A stretch of DNA of 32,000 nucleotides. It comes from an archaeon. GTDB taxonomy: Archaea; Iainarchaeota; Iainarchaeia; Iainarchaeales; CSSED10-239. The notes under the pieces are model-generated. The model had not been told where the DNA came from, did not search any database, and saw only the letters and a program-made list of their open reading frames with translations. The DNA lies in NCBI GenBank assembly GCA_035390665.1, contig DAOOUC010000001.1, positions 90,001 to 122,000 on the forward strand, given 5' to 3'. The position numbers were made by a program, and so were the translations under genes. This document shows positions 8,083-16,769 of the stretch, piece after piece; position 1 is the stretch's first letter; the number at the start of each line of letters is the position of its first letter.

Positions 8083-9225
8083 TTGACAAAAGATTACTAC
8101 AAGATTCTTGGAGTTAACAAGAATGCAAATGATGAAGATCTAAAGCAAGCCTATAAGCAATTGGTTAAGAAATATCATCCAGATATTTCTAAAGAGCCAA
8201 ATGCAGAAGAAAGACTAAAAGAGATAACAGAAGCTTATGCAGTTCTTTCTGATCCAACTAAAAGACAACAATACGATATGTTTGGTGAAGAGGGAGTAAA
8301 AGGTGGCGCAGGTTTCAATCAAGGTTTTTCAGGACAAGGTTTTAATTTTGATTTTTCTGATATCTTTTCTAAGTTTGGTTTTGATGAAGATGAGGATTCT
8401 GGTTTCTTTCAAGGTTTTAGAAGCATGCACAGAGGAAGAAGTCAAAGAGAGTCTTGGGCTGAACTAGATTTAAGAACAAGAATAAATATTGATTTTGTTA
8501 CTGCAATTAAAGGCGGGAAAGTAAGTGTTGGTGTTTACAAAGATGTTGTTTGTGATACTTGTGATGGCACAGGCTCTAAATCTAAATCTAAAACCACTTG
8601 TTCAGCTTGTGGTGGAAAAGGAAGAACACTAACTAAAAAACAAACCCCTTTTGGTATTTTTGCAATAGAACAAACTTGTTCTAAATGTAAGGGAGAAGGA
8701 AAAATAAATACAGACCCCTGTAAGAAATGTGATGGAAAGGGCCATGTAAAAAAAGAAACAATTCTTGGAATCGATGTTCCAGCAGGAATTAGCAACGGAG
8801 ATGTTATAAGACTAAGAGGGCAAGGTAACACACATAATGGAGAAGTAGGAGACTTATTTGTTTCTGTTAGTGTAACAGAACACGAGTTCTTCAAAAGAGA
8901 AGGTTATGATCTATATTGTGAGATTCCAATAATTTATTCTGAATTGATCTTAGGAACAAAGATAAAAATAAAAGGGATTCAAGACACAATTAATTTAACA
9001 ATACCAGCAGGCACTCGTCCAGAAACTATCTTTAAAGTTTCAGGAAAAGGTTCTCCTGATCCAAACAAAAGAGGTTTGCACGGTTCTTTATTTGTTAAAG
9101 TAATATTAGCAGAGCCTATCGATGTTAATAGAGAATACAAGCAACTATTAGAAAAACTTGCAAACATTGATAATAAAACAAAAAAGAAGATACAAGATAA
9201 GTTTAAAAGTTATGTTGAGTTTTAA
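8083..9225 (+). CDS. dnaJ: Chaperone DnaJ (type I Hsp40)
   Basis: J domain DYYKILGVNKNANDEDLKQAYKQLVKKYHPD; four CxxCxGxG zinc motifs (CDTCDGTG, CSACGGKG, CSKCKGEG, CKKCDGKG). TTG start. Confidence 0.97.
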   Translation: MTKDYYKILGVNKNANDEDLKQAYKQLVKKYHPDISKEPNAEERLKEITEAYAVLSDPTKRQQYDMFGEEGVKGGAGFNQGFSGQGFNFDFSDIFSKFGFDEDEDSGFFQGFRSMHRGRSQRESWAELDLRTRINIDFVTAIKGGKVSVGVYKDVVCDTCDGTGSKSKSKTTCSACGGKGRTLTKKQTPFGIFAIEQTCSKCKGEGKINTDPCKKCDGKGHVKKETILGIDVPAGISNGDVIRLRGQGNTHNGEVGDLFVSVSVTEHEFFKREGYDLYCEIPIIYSELILGTKIKIKGIQDTINLTIPAGTRPETIFKVSGKGSPDPNKRGLHGSLFVKVILAEPIDVNREYKQLLEKLANIDNKTKKKIQDKFKSYVEF

Positions 9226-12200
9226 AAAAACTCAGATAGACTTTTCTGCTTTTTTGCCTCTTTGTCTGAGAATAGACTGTCTATCTCATTTTCACTTAAG
9301 TTTATTCTTTGCAAAAGATGTGGATTTAATTGATAGTCAATGATTAGGTTTTTTGCAACTTCAAGATATTTCTTTATGGAACCTTGTGCAATTGTTAAAA
9401 TTATTTTTCCCCCACAGTCGCATTTTCCTGACAAAGGCATTCTTCTAAATTTCTTGTTGCATTTAACACATCTTAGTTTCTGTCTTGCAAAAGCTCTGGT
9501 GTTACCAATAATGTCTGGAAAAAGATGATAGTGGAGTAGTCTTTCAAGTGCGTCTTGATTATCAACTGCAAGGATTCTTCCCTGAAGTTTAGCTTGTTTA
9601 TCTACTTTTTCTTGCATTGATTTAATTGAGATATAAGTAGATTGCTTTGGCCCTTCATCGAAGTAATTAGTGTCGTGTGTAAATTTCACACAACTATATT
9701 GTTCTTCTGTTCCAAGAAGTTTCTTAACAGGAACAATCCCTTCAACTTTATCTGGATCAGCAAATGATTTTGTTGCTAAATAAAATTCATAAGGATAACT
9801 TGTGTTAGTTTCTATCTCGTGCGATTCATCATCAATCTCGTAAGGACTAAGAACAGTAGTAAATGCTAAAGGTGCATCCATTCTTCCGCCTCTACCCGTA
9901 CTAAGATAACTTTTAGAAAAATTAAGCATAGAGTCCATTAACAATAACATCGAGTCTTGATCTCCATCAACATTTCTTCTTTTGGCTGTAATATAATAAG
10001 GATGTCCCCAAGCAAGTTTAGATTTAGAATAACCAATTATTCTTCCAACAATTCCAGCAGAAGTGTGTGGTGCAAGACCAATCACAAGTTGTCCAATAAG
10101 ATCTTCTTTAGTTTTAGCATTATAAAATCTAGGCAAGTGATAGTATTTTTCTAACAAGTCATCAACGAAACCTGCAACTCTTAAAAAATATTCTCCACAG
10201 CCTTCATCAACAATTGTATCTTGTGGAAATATAGAAAGTCTTTGGTTATTGTCTTTCAAATCATTTCCAAGATAGTCTTTTTTATATCCAAGTTCTTTTA
10301 GTTTCTCAATAGAAAGATTTAGTTCCTTTCCACTAAATTGAGATATAGTTGCATTTAATGCCTCGTATCTACAAGTTCCATCTCTAAAAACATAAACTTC
10401 GTGTTTAGCTCTTAATAGTCCTTTTTCTAATGGTTCAGATATTTTTTCTTTACTGACTAAACCTTTAACACCTTTAAGGCTATCAGGTATTCCAACCTTT
10501 AAGTTGTTTGCTGCACTTTCAATAAGTTTATCAAGATCAATCTTATGTTCTAAAATCAATTTTGTTTCTTGATTGCATTTAGGACATATTTTTTCATGTG
10601 TTTGCATTTTACATTTATTACACATTCTTATTTCTTTTGTGTTTATTCCACAATTAAAGCAATAACCATTATAAATAATTTTTTTACACTCAGGGCAAAG
10701 ATATGATTTGATCTCAACTTCGTTAACTCCAATATCTTGTTGTTTTGTGCCATCTGCTCTTTTCTTAATTGCTTTCATTAAGTCTCTAGAGTTACCAAAG
10801 CCTCTGCCGATTGGAAACAAAACATTTGGTTTACCTGCCATCTCTCTTTCATGAGCAGCTTCTGGTCTTCCCATTCTTGCTCCAACCCAAAACCCTGATT
10901 TTTCATTAATTTTAATTTTTGAAATTGCACTAAGTATTTCTGTTGTTGTTTTCTCTGTGTTTTCAATTAGTTCTTTATATTCTTCTAAAGGATCAATTGC
11001 ATTAAGTGAACCAACAGTTTTTAGAAGAGGATAAGCTATTTCTTTTTCTACAAGTATTTTGTTTTCTTCTTCAAGATATTTGTGTGGTAGTCCCATTTTC
11101 TCAAATATGTTTTTTATTTCTTTATTATATTCAATCTTAAAACCAATAATTTGTGTTTCTTTTGTTGATAATAAATCTCCTATACCAATAATATCAATAT
11201 CATCAATTGCTTTTTCTATAACGTCTTTAATATTTTCAAAAAAGTTTTTCTTTTTTATTTCAATTTCTTCGTCACTAAATATTTTATCTGATTCTCTTAA
11301 ATTTCTAATAAGTGTTTTTAGTTCTTCATGATTCAAAAGTTCATAATATGCTAAATATTTTGGAAATAAAGGCAAGTCGTATTTTTGAGATAATGCAACA
11401 GAAGTATATGGATTTGGTTTATTAAAAACTTCCTTACAGATATTTAAAACAGTTCTTGATATTTTTCCGGTCTTTTCAAGATATTCCATTTCTGCAATCC
11501 ATTCTTCTCTAACATAGCCCGCTTTAACTAAAGGGTGTCCTGATTTCCTAAAATCTCCAACAGAGATTAGCATGTCTCCTAAGAAAAGAATCTTGTCTAT
11601 TTCTGCTAAGTATTTTTTAGCAGTATTAACATCATCAATATAAACAACGTCTTTATTCTTCAACCTTACAATTGGTCCGTCAATTGTTGAGCAAGGGAAA
11701 TATTGTAAAGATTTACCTGGCCTTTCAATTCTCCCGTGTGTTCCAACAGCTATAAATTCATCTAGTACCATCATTGTAGCAGGATTTATTGCTTTTGCCA
11801 TTAATCCAGCATTTCTTGCTCTACCATATCTAAGTCTAAAGCCCCCTGGTCTAAACGGATAAGAAAACACAGGTCTACCGGCTGCTAACCCCTCAAGATA
11901 TTTAGTTGATGGTTTTAGTTCAAAACCTTCAGCGGTTTTTTTAACTTTAACAAGTTTTTCAAGCCAAGCCCAATTAAGGCCCATCTTCTTACTTGTTTTC
12001 ATAATTTTAAGGGCCCTAACATAAAGTCCATCAATTAAAACAAGACACATTGCCCCTCTTACTCTGTTTGTTTCAATTCCAGGGACATCTCTATTAGCAA
12101 CAATCTCAACTTCGTTATCTGCATAACTATTTACTCTAACAGGAATATTTTCAATAATAATTCTAACTTCGTTTTCTGTTATTCTTTGCTGTCTAACAAC

Positions 12201-12791
12201 AACTTCATCTTGATAAAGCATTCCTTCTTCAATTACTCTTTCAATTTCTTGTCTACTTGGTTTAAATCTATCTAAGTTAAGTTTAGCTCTAGCAAGATCT
12301 CCAAGTAATAGTGGTAAAGTTTGAGCATTTCCTCCAGCAGCTCTAATCGGCCCCGCAAAGTAAATATCAACAAATGGCGTACCATCTTCATTTTTAGAAA
12401 TCTTAATTTCTGGTAATCCATCAAGAGGAGAAACAACCACTCCTTCTGTTTCTATAATTAAGGCAGTTCTTAAAGCTTGATCAAGTCTTTTTTCAGGATC
12501 TTCAATGTCTCCTAATTTTCTATCCAAGATATCATTAAAAATCTGAAGCATTACAGGAAATCTTTCTTGGTGTTCTTCCCACAACTCATTGTATCTTTGA
12601 GCAACACCAGGGGGTCCGACAAGAAGTTCAGTTTTTTCAGCAATACCTCTAGCAGGAAGTGACTCTATGTCGTTATGTGGATCTTTTCCTTGTTGTCTTG
12701 CATTTTTTGCAACAGCTACAGCTGCATCAATCTCTTTAGTTAGGGCGTCATAATATTCTTTAACTTCTTTGTTTGCTTTAATCTCACTCAT
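9222..12791 (-). CDS. polC: DNA polymerase D (PolII) large subunit DP2
   Basis: Catalytic region RRNVDGDQDSMLLLMDSMLNFSKSYLSTGRGGRMDAPL; zinc fingers; C-terminal QKSLSEFF PIP-like box; 1189 aa, no sign of an intein. Confidence 0.96.
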   Translation of the reverse strand: MSEIKANKEVKEYYDALTKEIDAAVAVAKNARQQGKDPHNDIESLPARGIAEKTELLVGPPGVAQRYNELWEEHQERFPVMLQIFNDILDRKLGDIEDPEKRLDQALRTALIIETEGVVVSPLDGLPEIKISKNEDGTPFVDIYFAGPIRAAGGNAQTLPLLLGDLARAKLNLDRFKPSRQEIERVIEEGMLYQDEVVVRQQRITENEVRIIIENIPVRVNSYADNEVEIVANRDVPGIETNRVRGAMCLVLIDGLYVRALKIMKTSKKMGLNWAWLEKLVKVKKTAEGFELKPSTKYLEGLAAGRPVFSYPFRPGGFRLRYGRARNAGLMAKAINPATMMVLDEFIAVGTHGRIERPGKSLQYFPCSTIDGPIVRLKNKDVVYIDDVNTAKKYLAEIDKILFLGDMLISVGDFRKSGHPLVKAGYVREEWIAEMEYLEKTGKISRTVLNICKEVFNKPNPYTSVALSQKYDLPLFPKYLAYYELLNHEELKTLIRNLRESDKIFSDEEIEIKKKNFFENIKDVIEKAIDDIDIIGIGDLLSTKETQIIGFKIEYNKEIKNIFEKMGLPHKYLEEENKILVEKEIAYPLLKTVGSLNAIDPLEEYKELIENTEKTTTEILSAISKIKINEKSGFWVGARMGRPEAAHEREMAGKPNVLFPIGRGFGNSRDLMKAIKKRADGTKQQDIGVNEVEIKSYLCPECKKIIYNGYCFNCGINTKEIRMCNKCKMQTHEKICPKCNQETKLILEHKIDLDKLIESAANNLKVGIPDSLKGVKGLVSKEKISEPLEKGLLRAKHEVYVFRDGTCRYEALNATISQFSGKELNLSIEKLKELGYKKDYLGNDLKDNNQRLSIFPQDTIVDEGCGEYFLRVAGFVDDLLEKYYHLPRFYNAKTKEDLIGQLVIGLAPHTSAGIVGRIIGYSKSKLAWGHPYYITAKRRNVDGDQDSMLLLMDSMLNFSKSYLSTGRGGRMDAPLAFTTVLSPYEIDDESHEIETNTSYPYEFYLATKSFADPDKVEGIVPVKKLLGTEEQYSCVKFTHDTNYFDEGPKQSTYISIKSMQEKVDKQAKLQGRILAVDNQDALERLLHYHLFPDIIGNTRAFARQKLRCVKCNKKFRRMPLSGKCDCGGKIILTIAQGSIKKYLEVAKNLIIDYQLNPHLLQRINLSENEIDSLFSDKEAKKQKSLSEFF

Positions 12792-14233
12792 TCTTTTTTC
12801 CTTTCAAAGTCTTTTATACAAACTTTTTGATCTTTAAGATTAAATAGTATTGCTTTAGATACTGTCGGCACATGCCCCATCTCTTGTTGGAAAGCTGTAA
12901 TTGATTGCCAGCAAGATGTGCTTATTAAATGGCAGTGTTTATATTTAGAGTAGGCGTGATGATGGATGTGTCCACAAATAAAAACTGCTGGTGCTTCTCT
13001 GACAACTAAAAAGTTTTTTTCAATTGGTATAAAAGTTTGCTTTTCTCCAAATTGCGGCATCAAGTCTCTTCTAACCATTAGTTCTTTTTGTGCAAGATCC
13101 GGTTTATCCATTTTTAAATCTTTTATTTTTCCAAAGATTCCATGAAGTGATACTCCGTGATACATTAAAAACAATAATCCTTCAAGTTCAATCCAAGATG
13201 GAGAACCAAGAATATGTATGTTTTCTTTTTTATAACAGTTAGGTAAATATTTTTCAGGGATTGCAGGCTGTGGATCTGAAACTCTAACAGCGTCGTGGTT
13301 TCCTGGTATTAAAAATATTTCAATATGTTTAGGAATCTTTAATATTAGTTCTTCGAATACTCTATATTGTTCAAAGATGTCTGTTATTGCAAGTTCATCA
13401 TATTGTTTAGGGTATATTCCAATTCCGTCTACAAGATCTCCTGCAATAATAATATATTTGATTTTAGAAATTAGGTCTTGATCTTCTTTTGTAATATTGA
13501 TTCCATTAATCCAGTCAATAAAATCATTAAATTCTTCTTCTCGGAATAGTTTGCTTCCAACATGCGTGTCTCCTAAGATAACAACATAGTTGTCTTTTGT
13601 TGTTGTGGCACTAATATTTTCATAAGGAAGATCAGCATACATTATTTCTTTAGCAATAAATATGTCTTTAGATAAAACTGCGCATTTAAACCCGACAACA
13701 TTATCAAAAAGTATTTCTTTAGGATTAACTTCAAATTCTTTGTTTTCCATTATTACAATATTGACTCTTCCAGTTGGGTCGTCAACAGTCAATAATAGAT
13801 TTCCGTTCTTTGTTAGTCTTTTATCAAAAACCATTCCTACAATATCAACTTCCGTGTTTTTTGTTTCTTTTTTTGCTTCTTCAATTGGCACAGGTTTTAG
13901 GTTTTCTCTTTTTTTTAAAATTTCGTAGATTGCTTGATATTTATCAAGGAAAAGAGATAAGAAGTCATCAACTGAGCCTTGCGATAGTTCCTTTCCTGTA
14001 ACATCATAAGCATCTAATATTCTAAAGTTTTTTCCAGTAGTTTCTACTTTTTCTTCAATGTTGTTTGTTGTAGATATTATTTTTTTAATATCATCTTTAC
14101 ACACAAATATGATTTTTTCTTCTGCAAGTTTATCTAGAATTTTCTGATAATTATTTAGGTTTAATAATCTTAAGCAATCCTCATTAATTATAAGATCTTT
14201 TTCTTGTGCATAGCACACAATTTTTGAATCCAT
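12788..14233 (-). CDS. polB: DNA polymerase D small subunit DP1 (Mre11-like exonuclease)
   Basis: Phosphoesterase motifs ILGDTHVGS, IAGDLVDG, IPGNHDAVR, MYHGVS, GHIHHHAY. 4-nt overlap with DP2. Confidence 0.94.
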   Translation of the reverse strand: MDSKIVCYAQEKDLIINEDCLRLLNLNNYQKILDKLAEEKIIFVCKDDIKKIISTTNNIEEKVETTGKNFRILDAYDVTGKELSQGSVDDFLSLFLDKYQAIYEILKKRENLKPVPIEEAKKETKNTEVDIVGMVFDKRLTKNGNLLLTVDDPTGRVNIVIMENKEFEVNPKEILFDNVVGFKCAVLSKDIFIAKEIMYADLPYENISATTTKDNYVVILGDTHVGSKLFREEEFNDFIDWINGINITKEDQDLISKIKYIIIAGDLVDGIGIYPKQYDELAITDIFEQYRVFEELILKIPKHIEIFLIPGNHDAVRVSDPQPAIPEKYLPNCYKKENIHILGSPSWIELEGLLFLMYHGVSLHGIFGKIKDLKMDKPDLAQKELMVRRDLMPQFGEKQTFIPIEKNFLVVREAPAVFICGHIHHHAYSKYKHCHLISTSCWQSITAFQQEMGHVPTVSKAILFNLKDQKVCIKDFERKKE

Positions 14234-14509
14234 TTATTTTACTTGCTCTTTTAGATTTTCTAATTTACTAATTAATGACCACACTGCGCTTCTACAAAAT
14301 TGTGGAACATTATTGTTATTTGTTATATCTTCTAACTCATACATAATGCCAGAAATCTCAACAACATTACATTTAGTTTTTAATCTTTCTTCTATTCCAG
14401 TTAATAGAATTTTTAGATTTTTTGGAATTGCTGAATCCTCGATTAAAAATTCAATTTCAGCAACAATATCTTCAACAGCTTTAGAAGTGTCAATTGTTTT
14501 CTTTCTCAT
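14234..14509 (-). CDS. UPF0147 family small helical protein
   Basis: VEDIVAEIEFLIEDSAIPKNLKILLTGIEERLK... resembles UPF0147. Stop codon directly abuts the DP1 ATG. Confidence 0.65.
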   Translation of the reverse strand: MRKKTIDTSKAVEDIVAEIEFLIEDSAIPKNLKILLTGIEERLKTKCNVVEISGIMYELEDITNNNNVPQFCRSAVWSLISKLENLKEQVK

Positions 14510-14614
14510 GGTTTATCACTTCCTAATTTTTCTTTTGCGATTAAAAAAATAGCAAACTCTATTATATTTTAGTGAAAAACTATTTTTAATAGATATGGTT
14601 TGAAAAAAGAAGAG

Positions 14615-15547
14615 TTAACTCCATCTGCTTTTCTTTTTCTTGTCTACAGGATAACTTTCTACAAGTTCTTCCATAGTAACATTTTCTTGTCCCTCAAGAA
14701 TACCGTCTTTTCCATAGGTACTAGATACAACTAGCTTTTTTCCGGGATTGTTTTCTCTTAAAGTTTTTAACATTTCTTCTTGCTCACTTTTACTTATTGT
14801 TGGATTGTAAACAAAAACAATCAAATCTGATATTGCTTTGATTGCTGCAATTGCTTGCTTTTCAATTGCATTCATTTCTTTAAAGTCGTGATGAATTAAA
14901 CCAGGAGTATCAATTACTTGAAAGGTTTCTTGTCTTCTTTTAAAGTATCCCACATTTAAGGCTTTAGTTGTAAAAGCATAGCTGTTAATCTCTGGCGTTG
15001 CTTCTGTTATTTTTGTAAGATAGGTGGTTTTTCCTGCATTTGGTATTCCAACAAGAACAATAGTCTTAAGATTGAAGTCAGGGTTAGCAATTCTTTTAAA
15101 TTCTTTTTCCAAGTTTAAAAGTTTATCAAAAGTTGAGTCAAGGTTTCTAAGAACCGAAGAAAGGCGGCCAACATATTCTTTCTTAATTCTAACAAAGAAG
15201 TCTTTATCGTGTTTCTTGCTTCTACTTCCTTGCATTTTCATTAGTTGTCTTTTATATCTTTCTGATAGTTTATTAATAACAGTAATATTACTAGTAATGT
15301 GGTTTCTGTATTTTTCCATGGTTGATTTGGGACAAACATTTTTAAACATCATTCCATAGTATTCATTAACAGTATCATAGTCAGGTAGTTTGTCTGAGAC
15401 ATATTTTAATTTTTCAGTAACTTCTATCTGATAAAGAGAAATATACTTGTGTGCCATGTCGTTTCTTTGATAGTCTTTAACTCTTCTTACTTTGTTTATA
15501 ACTGCGTCTAATATGTCCTTGGATTTTGTGATTTTTGGAAAGTTCAT
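14615..15547 (-). CDS. Nog1-like (Obg-HflX superfamily) GTPase
   Basis: N-terminal Nog1-type helical region; G1 GIPNAGKTT; G3 DTPGLIHHDF; canonical G4 NKxD not evident. Confidence 0.82.
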   Translation of the reverse strand: MNFPKITKSKDILDAVINKVRRVKDYQRNDMAHKYISLYQIEVTEKLKYVSDKLPDYDTVNEYYGMMFKNVCPKSTMEKYRNHITSNITVINKLSERYKRQLMKMQGSRSKKHDKDFFVRIKKEYVGRLSSVLRNLDSTFDKLLNLEKEFKRIANPDFNLKTIVLVGIPNAGKTTYLTKITEATPEINSYAFTTKALNVGYFKRRQETFQVIDTPGLIHHDFKEMNAIEKQAIAAIKAISDLIVFVYNPTISKSEQEEMLKTLRENNPGKKLVVSSTYGKDGILEGQENVTMEELVESYPVDKKKKSRWS

Positions 15548-15609
15548 CTTAATTTCTCCTAAAAAGTTACATTTATAATTAATTTCTTTTATATTTATAT
15601 ATAGAACTA

Positions 15610-15628
15610 CTTATATATTATATATAAG
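15610..15628. promoter_or_regulatory. Perfect 19-nt palindrome in the divergent nog1-like/secF promoter region
   Basis: CTTATATAT T ATATATAAG: 9-bp arms around one central nucleotide, TATA-like on both strands. Confidence 0.5.
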
Positions 15629-15668
15629 ATTTTCTTTTTAAAGCCAATTATTATAATGAGGAATAAGT

Positions 15669-16751
15669 ATGAATTTCATAAATGCAAAAAATCATAAAAA
15701 ATTATATATTGTACCATTAATTGTTGCAATAGTTTGTTTAGTTTTAATTTTTATAACCCCTGGAGTTTCCAAAGGAATTGATTTAAAGGGCGGAAACCAG
15801 CTAATTTTAAGATATGAAGGAACAGCAATTGATTCAGGCGCTTTAGCAAATACCTTAAAGCAAGAATTCAATCTAAAAGAAGTAAATGTTAATGAAACAA
15901 AAGGACCAACAAGCACAGGATTAGTAATTGATTATTCCACAAGCCCAGAAATAGATACAGCAAAGGCAGAAAAAGACAAACTTGATTTTATTAATGGAAA
16001 TATTGATGATTTAAAAACAAAAGCAACAGAAGTTCTTTCTCCTCTAAAGGATAAAGGTTATTTGTCTGAGCAAGTAATAACAGATATTTCTGATATAAGA
16101 AATAAAGAAGATTTAAAGGTTTATTTAAATGAAAATATAATCTTAGCAAATAATGAATTTAATAATCAAATAATAAACAAAGTAAAATCAGAACTAAACC
16201 TAACAACAGAAGCAAAAATACAAACAAGAGAAGTTTCAGCAACTCTTGGTAAAGACTTTGTTAAGTCTTCTTTAAAGGTAGGAGTTATTGCATTTATTTT
16301 ATTATCTTTAGTAATATTTTTATTTTTCAGAGAAATTATTCCATCTGGTTTAATTATCTTTGCTGCAACTTTCGATATATTGGTTGCATTAGCTGGTATG
16401 GCACTTCTAGGTTTGCCATTAAGTCTAACAACAATTCCAACATTGTTAATGCTTATTGGTTATTCTGTAGACACAGATATTTTACTTAGCACAAAACTTT
16501 TAAAGAACAGAACAGATGATGTTTACGTTGTAACAAATAAGTCAATGGCAACAGGAATGACAATGACAATAACTACATTAATAACAGTTCTTGTGATGCT
16601 TGTTGTTTCTTATTTCATGCAAATGACTGTAATTTTAGAAATAGCAACAGTATTGTTCTTCGGTCTTATCGGAGATATAGTTTCAACATGGTTCTTTAAT
16701 GCGCCTGCATTAATATCTTATGTTCAAAATAAAAATAAAAACAAAAATTAA
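15669..16751 (+). CDS. secF: Protein translocase subunit SecF
   Basis: GIDLKGGNQLIL N-terminal motif; VGVIAFILLSLVIFLFFREIIPSG; IPTLLMLIGYSVDTDILLS; 6-TM RND-type architecture; precedes secD as in other archaea. Confidence 0.85.
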   Translation: MNFINAKNHKKLYIVPLIVAIVCLVLIFITPGVSKGIDLKGGNQLILRYEGTAIDSGALANTLKQEFNLKEVNVNETKGPTSTGLVIDYSTSPEIDTAKAEKDKLDFINGNIDDLKTKATEVLSPLKDKGYLSEQVITDISDIRNKEDLKVYLNENIILANNEFNNQIINKVKSELNLTTEAKIQTREVSATLGKDFVKSSLKVGVIAFILLSLVIFLFFREIIPSGLIIFAATFDILVALAGMALLGLPLSLTTIPTLLMLIGYSVDTDILLSTKLLKNRTDDVYVVTNKSMATGMTMTITTLITVLVMLVVSYFMQMTVILEIATVLFFGLIGDIVSTWFFNAPALISYVQNKNKNKN

Positions 16752-16769
16752 GGAAAAGGTGTTTTTTAG

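Noticed and set aside
9222-12791. Intein in DP2
   Set aside because: DP2 inteins are common in archaea, but the 1189-aa length and continuous catalytic region (RRNVDGDQDSMLLLMDSMLNFS...GGRMDAPL) leave no insertion.
10778-14001. Small plus/minus ORFs within DP2/DP1
   Set aside because: Overlap strongly supported polymerase D subunits; low-complexity or antisense translations.
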